A DNA stretch of 64,000 bases. Origin: Holosporales bacterium (GTDB taxonomy: Bacteria; Pseudomonadota; Alphaproteobacteria; Paracaedibacterales; CANFPP01). The notes under the pieces are model-generated. The model searched no databases. It worked only from the letters and a program-made list of their open reading frames with translations, and was not told where the DNA came from. Position numbers and translations under genes: made by a program. Shown here piece by piece: positions 41,489-52,094 of this stretch (position 1 is the stretch's first letter; each line of letters begins with the position of its first letter). The stretch covers positions 8,442-72,441 of the forward strand of contig CANFPP010000001.1 of the NCBI GenBank assembly GCA_947449005.1. The letters run 5' to 3'.

Positions 41489-42214
41489 ATGAGCGAAAAC
41501 TATAATGACGGACCTGTCTGGCATGTAAATAGCCAACAAGCAGCGTTCAGAGATATTGATCAAGGCTTACGTAGTTACATGGTAAGTGTTTACAACTTCA
41601 TGGCTCTTGGCTTAGCACTCACTGGCTTAGTGGCTTATGGAATGTCATCTTCTCCTGAAATTATGCGTGCAATATTTGGAACGCCTCTATTTTGGGTTGC
41701 AATGATAGCTCCATTTGGTTTGGTTATGTATATTGGCGCCAGGATAAACACTCTATCCTTCGCGAAAGCACAAACTCTTTTCTGGATATATTCCGCATTG
41801 ATGGGAGTTTCTCTCTCTTCGATTTTCTTAATTTACACAGGAGAAAGCATTGCGCGCTTATTCTTCATAACAGCGTCTATCTTTGCAAGTATGAGTTTAT
41901 ACGGTTATACAACAAAGCGCGATTTAACCAGCTTTGGGTCCTTCTTAACAATGGGACTATTTGGCATCATCATCGCCAGTGTTGTGAACTTATTCCTACA
42001 TAGCAGTGCTATGCAGTTCATGATTTCTTGTATTGGTGTTTTGGTTTTCACAGGTCTAACAGCTTATGATACTCAAAAAATTAAAGAGATTTACTCCGCC
42101 AATGATAATTCTGAAACATTAGGTAAAAAGGCACTATTTGGAGCTCTACAGCTTTATCTAGACTTCGTTAATCTTTTCGTTATGTTGCTTCAAATGTTTG
42201 GCAACCGCCGCTAG
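41489..42214 (+). CDS. BAX-inhibitor-1/YccA family membrane protein
   Basis: 241 aa with about 7 TM helices. Family-typical N-terminus (...LRSYMVSVYNFMALGLALTG) and C-terminus (GALQLYLDFVNLFVMLLQMFG). Confidence 0.85.
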   Translation: MSENYNDGPVWHVNSQQAAFRDIDQGLRSYMVSVYNFMALGLALTGLVAYGMSSSPEIMRAIFGTPLFWVAMIAPFGLVMYIGARINTLSFAKAQTLFWIYSALMGVSLSSIFLIYTGESIARLFFITASIFASMSLYGYTTKRDLTSFGSFLTMGLFGIIIASVVNLFLHSSAMQFMISCIGVLVFTGLTAYDTQKIKEIYSANDNSETLGKKALFGALQLYLDFVNLFVMLLQMFGNRR

Positions 42215-42239
42215 ATTATTACACCGAAAACTTCAAGGT

Positions 42240-42268
42240 CCCCCTCTCACTTGAGGGGGTTTTTATTT
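42240..42268 (+). terminator. Rho-independent terminator
   Basis: CCCCCTC-tcactt-GAGGGGG followed by TTTTTATTT. Confidence 0.8.
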
Positions 42269-42335
42269 CACTTGACACTTCTATCAAATATATGATTCAT
42301 CAACATAATAAGATGGAATGCAATAAGGAAATAAA

Positions 42336-42851
42336 ATGGCAAACTACATTGCGCCAATCATCATAGGTTTATTAATCTGTTCTCCCGTTACTTTTGCAGA
42401 ACAAAATATCTCCTCACCAAAATTTTCTCCCGAAGCAGGTATTAGCAATATTGAGCATAAGCATGCAGATCTTGAAGAAATTAATGCAACAGGGATAGTA
42501 TCGCTTACATCGTGCACAATTAAAAAAGACCTTATCGTGAATGGCTCAGCTTCTTTAGAAAGCTCAAAAGTATATGGAAATACTGTCATTAATGGATCTT
42601 TAAATGCTAAAGGTTCGCGTTTCCAAAACATTGATATGACTGGAAGTAAGCTAACAATAGAGAATTCAGATGCAAGCGATATAGTAGTGCATAAGACTGA
42701 AGATGATTCTGCTTACACAATTGTTCATATAAAAGGCACCACTCACATCAGAGGCAACATTACCTTTAAAGGTAAGGGTGAAGCCATTGTAGATAAAACA
42801 TCAAGTCACGAAGGAAATATTATTGGGGCGCTAAAGATTACTAAGCAGTAA
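42336..42851 (+). CDS. Secreted protein with short beta-helix/bactofilin-like repeats (171 aa)
   Basis: Signal peptide ...LICSPVTFA/EQ. Repetitive V.G...L..S.V.GN..ING.L.A.GS pattern. Function unknown. Confidence 0.5.
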   Translation: MANYIAPIIIGLLICSPVTFAEQNISSPKFSPEAGISNIEHKHADLEEINATGIVSLTSCTIKKDLIVNGSASLESSKVYGNTVINGSLNAKGSRFQNIDMTGSKLTIENSDASDIVVHKTEDDSAYTIVHIKGTTHIRGNITFKGKGEAIVDKTSSHEGNIIGALKITKQ

Positions 42852-42860
42852 TAAGAAAGT

Positions 42861-43254
42861 GTCAAATGGCCTATAAGCCGGGTTTTGTCCATGAGGGTTT
42901 ATTCTCACTGGATGATCATTCATCTGGGACGTTTGTTACCAAACGCCTCTAGCAACCAACCCGAGTAATAGTACACAAACATACTTGATAAACATAAATG
43001 CCTATCGCTTACTCCTATTTGGTCTTGCTCCAGGTGGGGTTTACCCTGCCACGCCTGTTACCAGTCGTGCGGTGCGCTTTTACCGCCCCATTTCACCCTT
43101 ACCTACACTTGCGTATAGGCGGTATATTTTCTGTGGCACTTTCCCTAAAGCCGGCCTTTTGAGCCAACCCCGCCGGACGTTATCCGGCACCTTGTTTGTA
43201 TGGAGCCCGGACTTTCCTCCAGGTTTACACCCAGCGATCATCCAGCCATTTGAC
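42861..43254 (-). ncRNA. rnpB: RNase P RNA (bacterial type A)
   Basis: The reverse complement contains GGAGGAAAGTCCGGGCTCC (43202-43220) and ACAAAACCCGGCTTAT (about 42872-42887). P1 pairs GTCAAATGGC (5') with GCCATTTGAC (3'). The track ORF 42985-43350 is the familiar spurious antisense translation. Confidence 0.88.
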
Positions 43255-43345
43255 GACTTTATAACGCGTCCATTTGTACTTCTTTGTCAATGTTTATTTA
43301 TGGATTGGCAGAGCTATCATTGCTCTGCTATACATTATGTGAGGG

Positions 43346-43432
43346 GTTGAGTGGTGGACGAGTTTTTCGCCAATCCGGTCAGATTCGGAAGGAAGCAGCC
43401 GTAACGATTACAAACTCGGGTTACTGCTCAAT
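43346..43432 (+). ncRNA. ffs: Signal recognition particle RNA (4.5S)
   Basis: CCGGTCAGATTCGGAAGGAAGCAGCCGTAACG matches the conserved SRP domain IV (E. coli CCAGGTCAGGTCCGGAAGGAAGCAGCC). The flanks pair (GAGTGGTGGACGAGTTT / AAACTCGGGTTACTGCTC). Position just upstream of dnaX is typical. Ends are approximate. Confidence 0.75.
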
Positions 43433-43484
43433 CTCTCATAACAGACTCATCTAAAATGAAGATGAGCATAGAGTATATAAATTA

Positions 43485-45107
43485 ATGACTTTAGCTATTT
43501 CTTACCGCGTTCTTGCACGCAAATATCGTCCAAAAACTTTATCAGAGTTAGTTGGGCAAGATACACTCGTACAAACGCTCACGCAGAGCATTCAGCAAAA
43601 TAGAATTCCGCATGCTTTCTTGCTACATGGCATTCGCGGTGTTGGTAAAACCACCACAGCCCGTATTATCGCTAAAGCTCTTAATTGTCTAGGTGTTGAT
43701 GGCAAAGGAGAAATCACCCCTGAACCATGTGGCGTATGCTCGTCCTGCACAAGTATTACTGAAGATCGCCATCTCGATGTTATTGAAATGGATGCAGCAA
43801 GCCGAACAGGTGTTGATGATATTCGTGAAGTTATTGAATCATCACGCTATAAGGCAGTAAATGGCCGATTTAAAGTCTTTATCATCGACGAAGTTCACAT
43901 GCTTTCAAAGAGTGCGTTTAATGCGCTTTTAAAAACATTAGAAGAGCCTCCTCCTCATGTAAAGTTTATCTTTGCAACTACTGAGATTCGTAAAATCCCA
44001 GATACAATAATTTCTCGCTGCATGCGCTTTGATTTAAAACGCATGGAACCATTGACGCTTGTAAAACATTTTCAAAAAATTGCAGCACAAGAGAACATAG
44101 TCGTTGAAATCGAGGCTATGGCAGCGATTGTTCGAGCAGCTGACGGGTCTGTCAGAGATGGTTTATCTTTGCTTGACCAAGCAATTGCCCTTAGTGGTGA
44201 TCACGTAACAAGCGAGGCCGTATGCGGCATGTTAGGCCTGATGGATCGCAATTGTCTCTATCAATTAGTTCAGGCTTTATTTTCTGGAGATGTCACCAAG
44301 TCCCTTACTTTAATTCGTGACTTATTGAATCAAGGTGCAGATGCAACAACACTTCTCTTAGATATTCTTGACCTTATTTATTGGCTTACGTGCTTTAAAT
44401 CATCACCGCAGCTTGGCTTTGACCCCACATGGCCTGAAAGTGAACGTCAACAAAGCAACAAGATAGCTGCGCAATTGTCCCTGCCCGCCCTAATGCGTGC
44501 CTGGCAAATTCTATCAAAGGGATATGAAGAAGTTTCACGCGCCCCTCTCCCCAACCAAGCATTAGAAATGGTATTAGTCAGACTTTGCTATATTAGTGAT
44601 ATGCCTTCTGTTGAAGAAATTGTCCAATCTTTACAATCTTCACATAGTGATAAAGCACGCAGCGGAGCACCTACACCAACTTTTAGCTCGCCGCCTCCAC
44701 CAACACCTCCTCAGAGACAACAATCTGTTGAACCTATTCTTGCGGCGCCTGCGGTGTTACCTCAATCTTTTCAAGAGATGATAAAGTTGGTTGAGGGTGC
44801 TAAAGAGCCCCTGATGTATTCACACCTTTTGCATGACATACACCTTGTTAGCTTTAGCCCAGGTCATTTGACTATACGACTGAGCTCTCACGCACCTCAA
44901 AATTTCCCTCAATCTTTACAAAGTATTTTGGTGAAAGTGACCAAAACACCTTGGAAAATTGATGTTGTAACAACTGGCGGAAACGCTACAATGACGGAGC
45001 AAAAACAGGAACATGAGCAAAAACAAACAGAAGAAAGCTTAAACCATCCCGTTGTCAAAGAAATTATGGCTGCATTTCCAGAGGCCACTATTATTAAGAA
45101 AAACTAA
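43485..45107 (+). CDS. dnaX: DNA polymerase III subunits gamma/tau
   Basis: YRVLARKYRPKTLSELVGQ, HAFLLHGIRGVGKTTTARI, Zn module CGVCSSC, IIDEVHMLS. Confidence 0.95.
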   Translation: MTLAISYRVLARKYRPKTLSELVGQDTLVQTLTQSIQQNRIPHAFLLHGIRGVGKTTTARIIAKALNCLGVDGKGEITPEPCGVCSSCTSITEDRHLDVIEMDAASRTGVDDIREVIESSRYKAVNGRFKVFIIDEVHMLSKSAFNALLKTLEEPPPHVKFIFATTEIRKIPDTIISRCMRFDLKRMEPLTLVKHFQKIAAQENIVVEIEAMAAIVRAADGSVRDGLSLLDQAIALSGDHVTSEAVCGMLGLMDRNCLYQLVQALFSGDVTKSLTLIRDLLNQGADATTLLLDILDLIYWLTCFKSSPQLGFDPTWPESERQQSNKIAAQLSLPALMRAWQILSKGYEEVSRAPLPNQALEMVLVRLCYISDMPSVEEIVQSLQSSHSDKARSGAPTPTFSSPPPPTPPQRQQSVEPILAAPAVLPQSFQEMIKLVEGAKEPLMYSHLLHDIHLVSFSPGHLTIRLSSHAPQNFPQSLQSILVKVTKTPWKIDVVTTGGNATMTEQKQEHEQKQTEESLNHPVVKEIMAAFPEATIIKKN

Positions 45108-45123
45108 TTAGGAGAGAGACTCA

Positions 45124-45447
45124 GTGAAGAATATTAATCAAATGATGAAGCAAGCTCAACAATTGCAAACGCAAATGGCTGATATGCAACAGAAGCTTCA
45201 ACAAGTTGAAATGAGCGGAATATCCGGAGGTGGTATGGTAACAATTTCAATCAATGGCAAAGGAGAGATGAAATCTATAAAGATTGACCCAGCTCTGGCT
45301 AATGCTGAAGAAGTTGATATCCTAGAAGATCTTATCATTGCTGCATTTAATGATGCAAAAGCAAAGATTGATAATCATACAGCTGAAGAAATGAGCAAAG
45401 TGACGGGCGGTTTAAATCTTCCTGGTGGCCTTAAGCTTCCTTTTTGA
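45124..45447 (+). CDS. ybaB: Nucleoid-associated protein YbaB/EbfC
   Basis: GTG start. MMKQAQQLQTQM...GGGMVTISINGKGE...I.ID. Follows dnaX, as is typical. Confidence 0.9.
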   Translation: MKNINQMMKQAQQLQTQMADMQQKLQQVEMSGISGGGMVTISINGKGEMKSIKIDPALANAEEVDILEDLIIAAFNDAKAKIDNHTAEEMSKVTGGLNLPGGLKLPF

Positions 45448-45507
45448 GGTAGGGACGATTTAAAACTCCAGAATAGTTTTTGATCTTCATCTGAAGAAGC
45501 AGAAATA

Positions 45508-46914
45508 CTAACAACGTCCATATAGATCATCGATGCGCACAATATCATCTTCCCCAAGGTAAGATCCCGCTTGAACTTCAATTAAATGGAGCGGGATTTT
45601 TCCTGGATTTTCAACACTATGCGTACAACCAATTGGCAGATAAACAGATTCATTTTCATGAAGCATGAGAATTTCATCGTCGCGCGTCACTTTGGCTGTT
45701 CCATTAACAACGACCCAATGCTCTGCTCTATGATGGTGCATCTGTGTCGATGTTTTTGCTCCAGGATGCAGCATCAACCTTTTAACCTGAAAGCGTTCTC
45801 CTGCATCAACACTTTGGTAATAGCCCCAAGGACGATAAATGCGACTATGCATATCTAACTCTACGCGATTATTATTCTTAAGTTGATGCACAACTTCTTT
45901 AACACGCTGAGATTCACTTTTCTTCGCGATCAAAACAGCATCATCATGAACAATCACAATAAGATCATCCAATCCAATGACAGAAACTAATTTTTGATCA
46001 CTTCGAATATAGGAACCGCTAACATCTTGTATAACAACGTCACCGATTAAAACATTATCAGCATTATCTTTAACTGAAATATCCCAGAGCGCTTTCCATG
46101 ATCCAACATCTGACCATCCCATATCAACTGGAATAACAGCAGCATGGGGAGTGTGTTCCATAATCGCATAATCAATTGAGGCTTCTTGAATTTTTTCAAA
46201 AGCAACGGGATCAAGCCTCAGAAAATCTAAATCCTTCTCAGCAGCATTAAAGGCAGTTTCAGTTTGCTTCAATAAATCTGGTTGTAGTCGTTTTAACTCT
46301 TCAAGCATAACCTTCGCTTTACAGAGGAAAATTCCACTATTCCAAGAGTACTCACCGCTCGACACTAATTCTTTTGCTAATTCAAGAGTTGGTTTTTCTT
46401 GAAATTTTTGCACACAATAAATACCATATTCTATGAGAGTACCTTTTTGGATATAACCATAGCCTGTTTCAGGTTGAGTGGGATTAATACCAAATGTAAT
46501 AATTTTACCTTGTCGTGCTATCTTCTCAGCCTTAAAAACAGCCTTTAAAAAGGCCTCTTCATTCTCTATCACATGATCCGCTGGTAAAATTAGTAATAAA
46601 TCATCATCGTCTGGCCCGTGCGCCAAGCAAGCAGTCGCTACAGCTGGGGCCGTATTTCGACCAGCCGGCTCTAAAATTAAATGCTGCGGCACAATGTCAA
46701 GATGCCGTAATTGTTCTGCCACTAAAAAACGATGTTCTACATTGCAAATTACAATGGGTTGTTTAAACCGTGATTGATCGCCAACACGCAAGGCAGTTTC
46801 TTGCAGAAGCGTTTTATCACTTACAAGCGGTAAAAGTTGTTTGGGGAAAGCAGTTCGAGACATTGGCCATAAACGTGACCCACCGCCGCCACATAAAAGA
46901 ACAGGTGTAATCAT
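45508..46914 (-). CDS. manC: Bifunctional mannose-1-phosphate guanylyltransferase / mannose-6-phosphate isomerase (type II PMI-GMP)
   Basis: PVLLCGGGGSRLWPMSR N-terminus. C-terminal cupin HHRAEHWVVVNGTA. 4-nt overlap with fcl. Confidence 0.9.
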   Translation of the reverse strand: MITPVLLCGGGGSRLWPMSRTAFPKQLLPLVSDKTLLQETALRVGDQSRFKQPIVICNVEHRFLVAEQLRHLDIVPQHLILEPAGRNTAPAVATACLAHGPDDDDLLLILPADHVIENEEAFLKAVFKAEKIARQGKIITFGINPTQPETGYGYIQKGTLIEYGIYCVQKFQEKPTLELAKELVSSGEYSWNSGIFLCKAKVMLEELKRLQPDLLKQTETAFNAAEKDLDFLRLDPVAFEKIQEASIDYAIMEHTPHAAVIPVDMGWSDVGSWKALWDISVKDNADNVLIGDVVIQDVSGSYIRSDQKLVSVIGLDDLIVIVHDDAVLIAKKSESQRVKEVVHQLKNNNRVELDMHSRIYRPWGYYQSVDAGERFQVKRLMLHPGAKTSTQMHHHRAEHWVVVNGTAKVTRDDEILMLHENESVYLPIGCTHSVENPGKIPLHLIEVQAGSYLGEDDIVRIDDLYGRC

Positions 46915-47846
46915 AAGTTTCTCGCTAAAAAATCTTGATGTGCTATTTTAATGCCGTCCTTCAGCTTTGTTGTTGCGGTCCAACCGAGATTATTGATTCG
47001 TGTCGTGTCTAATAGCTTTCTTGGAGTTCCATCTGGTTTCGTACTATCATAAACAAAATCTCCCTGATACCCAACGACCTCTGCGATAATGTTTGCCAGA
47101 ACAGCTATAGAAATATCCTGCCCTACTCCGACATTAATTGGTAATCCATCTGAATAATTCTGCATCAAGAATACACACGCATCAGCGAGATCATCTACAT
47201 ACAAAAACTCACGCAGAGCTTTGCCTGTTCCCCATAAGATAACTTCTTTATATCCGCTTTTATGAGCTTGGGTAATTTTTCGAATCAATGCCGGAACAAC
47301 GTGACTATTCTCAGGGTGATAGTTATCAGCCGGTCCATATAAATTAGTCGGCATACAACTGATAAAATCGCATCCATACTGCTGGCGATACGCCTGTATC
47401 AATTTGATCCCAGCAATTTTTGCAATCGCATACCATTGATTAGTAGGCTCAAGTGGCCCGCTTAGAAGCTCTTCTTCTGAAATTGGCTGTGTTGCCTCTC
47501 TTGGATAGATGCAGGATGAACCAAGAAACAAAAGTTTTTGAACACCAACAGCATGAGCCCCACTAATAATGTTGGTCTGAATCATTAAATTATTGTAAAT
47601 AAAATCAACAGGACGCACAGAGTTTGCAAGAATTCCACCAACAGTAGCTGCTGCCAAAAATACGACTTCTGGCTTGTTGTGATTCATCCATTCATAAACT
47701 TCTGCTTGATTTTCAAGATTAACTTGAGCACGGCCCACATTCAAAATCGTACAATTTTCTCTAGATAATCGACGTACAATTGCACTGCCAACCATACCTT
47801 TGTGTCCAGCAACCCAAACACGTTTACCTTGAAGAGAATATATCAT
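46911..47846 (-). CDS. fcl: GDP-L-fucose synthase
   Basis: KRVWVAGHKGMVGSAIVRRL, SSCIYP, YAIAKIAG (catalytic Y..K). Confidence 0.9.
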   Translation of the reverse strand: MIYSLQGKRVWVAGHKGMVGSAIVRRLSRENCTILNVGRAQVNLENQAEVYEWMNHNKPEVVFLAAATVGGILANSVRPVDFIYNNLMIQTNIISGAHAVGVQKLLFLGSSCIYPREATQPISEEELLSGPLEPTNQWYAIAKIAGIKLIQAYRQQYGCDFISCMPTNLYGPADNYHPENSHVVPALIRKITQAHKSGYKEVILWGTGKALREFLYVDDLADACVFLMQNYSDGLPINVGVGQDISIAVLANIIAEVVGYQGDFVYDSTKPDGTPRKLLDTTRINNLGWTATTKLKDGIKIAHQDFLARNL

Positions 47847-48868
47847 TATAAGCTCAACTCTGATTGCATCATTTCCATCACAAGCTCATCAAAAGAAATT
47901 TTCGGAACCCATCCCATTTTTTCTTTAGCTTTCGTTGCATCCCCTAATAACAATTCAACTTCTGTCGGACGGAAATACTTGGAATCAATTGCGACGAGTT
48001 TTTTTCCTGTCTTTTCATCAACACCTATCTCATCAACGCCCTGTCCTTGCCATATAATTTTTATCTTTACATGTTCGAAACAACGCTCAACAAACTCTCT
48101 AACGGAATGCATTTCACCTGTTGCTAAAACAAAATCATCAGGAGTCGATTGTTGTAACATTAGCCACATACCATAGACATAATCCTTAGCATGACCCCAA
48201 TCACGTTTTGCATCCAGATTTCCTAGGAAAAGGCAATCTTGCTTATTCGCAATAATATTAGCAACTGCTTTGGTTATTTTACGGGTTACAAAAGTTTCAC
48301 CACGAATTGGACTTTCATGATTAAATAAAATTCCATTACATGCATACATATCATAAGCTTCACGATAATTTACGGTTATCCAATATGCGTATAACTTGGC
48401 TGCTGCATAGGGACTACGTGGATAAAATGGTGTGGTTTCTTTTTGAGGAATTTCTTGAACTTTTCCATAAAGTTCTGATGTTGATGCCTGATAAAAACGT
48501 GTGTGCTTTTCCATCTTTAAAATGCGGATTGCCTCTAATAATCTAAGCGTTCCAACACCATCAGCATTAGCTGTATATTCAGGCGTCTCAAAACTTACAG
48601 CTACATGACTTTGCGCTGCCAAGTTATAAATTTCAGTAGGTCTAATTTCACTCATTAATCGAATAAGGTTTGTTGAATCTGTCATGTCACCATAATGAAG
48701 GTGCAATTGATCAGAAAGAGAATCAATACGACCTGTATTCGGCAGTGACGATCGACGTTGAAGTCCATGAACCTCATACCCTTTATTCAATAAAAGCTCT
48801 GCAAGGTAAGCTCCATCTTGCCCTGTTATACCGGTTATAAGAGCAACTTTATTAGATTCTTGGGACAC
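47846..48868 (-). CDS. gmd: GDP-mannose 4,6-dehydratase
   Basis: [47 protein letters not shown]. Confidence 0.93.
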   Translation of the reverse strand: MSQESNKVALITGITGQDGAYLAELLLNKGYEVHGLQRRSSLPNTGRIDSLSDQLHLHYGDMTDSTNLIRLMSEIRPTEIYNLAAQSHVAVSFETPEYTANADGVGTLRLLEAIRILKMEKHTRFYQASTSELYGKVQEIPQKETTPFYPRSPYAAAKLYAYWITVNYREAYDMYACNGILFNHESPIRGETFVTRKITKAVANIIANKQDCLFLGNLDAKRDWGHAKDYVYGMWLMLQQSTPDDFVLATGEMHSVREFVERCFEHVKIKIIWQGQGVDEIGVDEKTGKKLVAIDSKYFRPTEVELLLGDATKAKEKMGWVPKISFDELVMEMMQSELSL

Positions 48869-50639
48869 GACTAGACTCCAATAAATGATGAGATTTAACG
48901 ACTTGAGGAAGAACTGGAGAAAGAGGGTTATTCACTGCGCAAAAACATAATGTTTTTCCTTTGCTTTCTTCAAGTGCTACTTGAAACTCTTTTTTAGAAT
49001 ACACAATCATAGACTGTCCTTTGTTTAAGAAATTAAGGACAGAAGCAACAGTTACGATTCTATCGTTCTTGTTGATGTCGTTTGCTAACAAAGTCCATTC
49101 GTTAACTAACTCATTGGATGATTTTTTAAAAACCTCAAGAAAGCGAGAAATCTTAATATTAGGAGCAAGCAATGCTGAAGCCTCATCAACACGATCAGAT
49201 GAAAGATGAAAATAAGGTGAGCCAGAAAGACTTCTGACAATAAGTGCTGTTTCCCCTTCTGCACAACCATAATTATTTTTGTAATCATTGGCAGCTATCT
49301 GAGAATAACTATTTCGCAAACATGAGGGGCCAATTAGAATAATTGCCATTAAAATCAAAGAGAGAATAACTGATGGGCATCGACAAATTCTTTGAGAAAT
49401 TGCGTCCTCATCAAAACATCCTGCTTTTGATTCTTTGAAAAAACCAGAAAAAACGATCCCGGCAGCAGCGGCAATAAAAGGAAAAATTGTAACAAAAACT
49501 CGAACCTGTCCATCTTGCCAGATAACAGGAATGGACAACAAAGCTCCTGCAAAAACTGCCCACAGCAACCCTATTTTTTTGTCATTCTGACCAATTTTTC
49601 TTAAACGATTTAAACCTATAAATAGTCCACAAAAACCAATTACAGAAAAAAGCCCTTTTAAAGTGCGATTGCTTACTAAGCCTAATGAAAAAGATCGTCC
49701 TAATCCTTCAATAAACAGCCATAATCCCTTTAACAGCCCCAATACTAAGTTAAAGGGATTGCTCACAATAAGTTTAAAGGCTTCTTGATAGATAAACTGT
49801 GCACGATCCGATTGCGCACCGGGAACATTATGGACTATATAAACATAATTCCAAGATTTTCCTCCAGCAGCTAAACCGTAAAGAGTCTCTGAGAAATTTG
49901 CATGTGCAACACCGCTGCCCAACGGGTCTCCATATATTTTTAATAAGATAGAATTAAAAACAAATCCGAAAATAATAGAGAATGTAACTATCGCCATAGC
50001 TTTTAAATTTAATCGCTCTGAAGATCTAAAATGATATCCTCCCCAAAGAATTAAACAAGGTAGAATAAAAAATGGTCCTGCGCGTGTATTTAAAGCAATT
50101 GAAAAGATCAGTGCGCCAAAAGAAAATAGCCTGAGATTATTTAAAGCCGCTCCTTGCCATAAAATAGCAAAAGCTAAAGCTCCCCAAACAAACCCTAAAG
50201 ACTCAGAAAGAGTGATTGCAAGATAGGGCGAAACCGCAAAGAACAAACCAAAAAAAACAACAATAGCCGCTATTTTTCCATGCGTTCGTAAAACTGCTAA
50301 AGACGCTAATCCGCAACAAATGCCGGCTAAAATGGTTTGAATTATCAAAGCTGCATAAAAATTAAGCCCTGTAATCCCTAAACGAAAAGCATAGAAAAGC
50401 GCATTAATAGGCCTTCGCATATTCCAGCCATTAAGGTGACCTACTTCTAAAAAATTATAAGCTCCTTCGTAATACCCATTCGCGTCACTATGAGGTATAA
50501 TGCCGCCTATTGCTGAATATGCAGTCGGAAAACAATCACCAAGGGGGAAATAAGCCCAAGCATTCCAAAGAGGAACCATAAAAACAAGGCCTACCAAAAG
50601 CCACAGAAAAAATGGCCGAGAAATGCAAAGCTTCATCAA
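48852..50639 (-). CDS. Large polytopic membrane protein (595 aa), putative GT-C-type glycosyltransferase
   Basis: Roughly 11-13 hydrophobic helices, then a C-terminal soluble domain of about 170 aa. The first extracytoplasmic loop carries [14 protein letters not shown] at about aa 50, where GT-C enzymes place catalytic acidic residues. Starts immediately after the GT2 stop (TAA-TTG-ATG). The functional call is inference. Confidence 0.7.
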   Translation of the reverse strand: MMKLCISRPFFLWLLVGLVFMVPLWNAWAYFPLGDCFPTAYSAIGGIIPHSDANGYYEGAYNFLEVGHLNGWNMRRPINALFYAFRLGITGLNFYAALIIQTILAGICCGLASLAVLRTHGKIAAIVVFFGLFFAVSPYLAITLSESLGFVWGALAFAILWQGAALNNLRLFSFGALIFSIALNTRAGPFFILPCLILWGGYHFRSSERLNLKAMAIVTFSIIFGFVFNSILLKIYGDPLGSGVAHANFSETLYGLAAGGKSWNYVYIVHNVPGAQSDRAQFIYQEAFKLIVSNPFNLVLGLLKGLWLFIEGLGRSFSLGLVSNRTLKGLFSVIGFCGLFIGLNRLRKIGQNDKKIGLLWAVFAGALLSIPVIWQDGQVRVFVTIFPFIAAAAGIVFSGFFKESKAGCFDEDAISQRICRCPSVILSLILMAIILIGPSCLRNSYSQIAANDYKNNYGCAEGETALIVRSLSGSPYFHLSSDRVDEASALLAPNIKISRFLEVFKKSSNELVNEWTLLANDINKNDRIVTVASVLNFLNKGQSMIVYSKKEFQVALEESKGKTLCFCAVNNPLSPVLPQVVKSHHLLESSRVPRI

Positions 50640-52079
50640 TTAGAAAGCCTTTAGTTTACGGAAAGCAAAAACAACCATTTTCAATAAGAGCCAACCATGC
50701 TGAAAGCGAGAAATGTTTGTTGTGCCATAAGTTCTCGCTGCATACCGAACAGGTATTTCAACTACTTTTAGATTTAATTTTGCCGCACCAAAAATTAAAT
50801 CAAAATCACCGAAAGGATCAAAGTCACCAAAATAATGACGGTTACGTGCAATTTCCAAATAATGTCTTTTATACAAAACCTTCGTACCACAAAGCGTATC
50901 AGTAAATCGTTGATTAAGCAGATAACTGAAAATCCAAGAAAATGCTTTATTCGCCAAGAAATTCAAAAACTGCATTGCCTGATTTTCCATCGGGTAAATA
51001 AGGCGTGTTCCATTAATAAACTCACCCTTTCCGCTAGCTAAAGCATGATAGAATTTTGGCATATCTTCTGGTGGAGTTGTCAAATCTCCATCTAAAATCA
51101 TTAAAATATCATTTTTCGCCGCATCAAAACCACAACGAACAGCATCCCCCTTACCCTTGCCTGGTTGAACAAGAACTTTAATATCGTACTGAGGGTAAGC
51201 GGAAATCACTCGGTTAATTTCTGCAAGGGTATTATCCTTACTGTGCCCTTCTACGAATAAGATTTCTAAGTCATCACAAAATCTTGGCAGGCGCTGAATT
51301 GCAGCTTCAATGTTACCCTCTTCATTTCTGCAGGTGATTAACACTGTCGTAGATGGCATTTTTTTAGCCGGCTTTGGATCAGGCCTGGCAACAATATAAT
51401 TACGCAGACATAAACGGCGAATTCCTGGCAAAGTCCCGATATAGCGGTTAATAAGCGTTCCTATTCCAAAAAAACTCTTTGGAACGAGTTGTCGCCATTC
51501 TCGTTTTATTGTTTCATAACCAGATAGATCTAATAGACCTATAATATCAGCCGTTGATAAAGAGTTTTGATTACCCGCTGCCAGCTGAGGCATCTTTTTT
51601 CCAGCTTTCTCTGCAAGCCTTAACAGAGGTTCCCAGCCTTTTGCGTAATAAGATATGATAATCCGTGTATCAGGAGTACAAAGAGAAAGTAGATTCGTAA
51701 GTGTTTGTTGGCAATCTTCAAGAAATCCTATCGTGTCCGAAAGCACAATAATATCAAAGGGTCCACTAAGTGACTCTACGAAGCTTTTATCTTCGATATC
51801 CCCTTGGTGAAACTTTAAATGAGGGAAACGTTTTTGTGAAATTTCCACCATTTTTGGACTAATATCAACACCAACACCAACGGAAGGCTCAAGAGCATTG
51901 AGGACATCTCCAGCACCACAGCCTAGATCAAGAACTCTTAGATTTTTCGGAGCTAAGAATTTCAAATACTCCCAATCTTGCTCATGAAAATATTTGTTTT
52001 TCTGAATCCAAGCTTCTCTAATTCCTGCTAACCCATTGTTAACATCGATAATTTTTTGCTTTCTTAAAGATTGTTCCAT
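50640..52079 (-). CDS. Fusion protein: class I SAM methyltransferase (N-terminal) plus family-2 glycosyltransferase (C-terminal, polyprenyl-phosphate-sugar synthase-like)
   Basis: VLDLGCGAGDVL (SAM motif I) at about aa 50. GT2 blocks TTVLITCRNEEGNI, EILFVEGHSKDNT, MILDGDLTTPPED (DxD). Confidence 0.8.
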   Translation of the reverse strand: MEQSLRKQKIIDVNNGLAGIREAWIQKNKYFHEQDWEYLKFLAPKNLRVLDLGCGAGDVLNALEPSVGVGVDISPKMVEISQKRFPHLKFHQGDIEDKSFVESLSGPFDIIVLSDTIGFLEDCQQTLTNLLSLCTPDTRIIISYYAKGWEPLLRLAEKAGKKMPQLAAGNQNSLSTADIIGLLDLSGYETIKREWRQLVPKSFFGIGTLINRYIGTLPGIRRLCLRNYIVARPDPKPAKKMPSTTVLITCRNEEGNIEAAIQRLPRFCDDLEILFVEGHSKDNTLAEINRVISAYPQYDIKVLVQPGKGKGDAVRCGFDAAKNDILMILDGDLTTPPEDMPKFYHALASGKGEFINGTRLIYPMENQAMQFLNFLANKAFSWIFSYLLNQRFTDTLCGTKVLYKRHYLEIARNRHYFGDFDPFGDFDLIFGAAKLNLKVVEIPVRYAARTYGTTNISRFQHGWLLLKMVVFAFRKLKAF

Positions 52080-52094
52080 TAAATATTTCCAGTT

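Noticed and set aside
42985-43350. 121-aa ORF (LAPGGVYPATPVTSRAVRFYRP...)
   Set aside because: Antisense translation of RNase P RNA. The conserved GGAAAGTCCGGGC core lies on the opposite strand within it.
47802-48176. 124-aa plus-strand ORF
   Set aside because: Antisense to the well-supported gmd and fcl genes. This applies likewise to the other short track ORFs nested antisense in der, lon, hscA, iscS, manC and similar genes.
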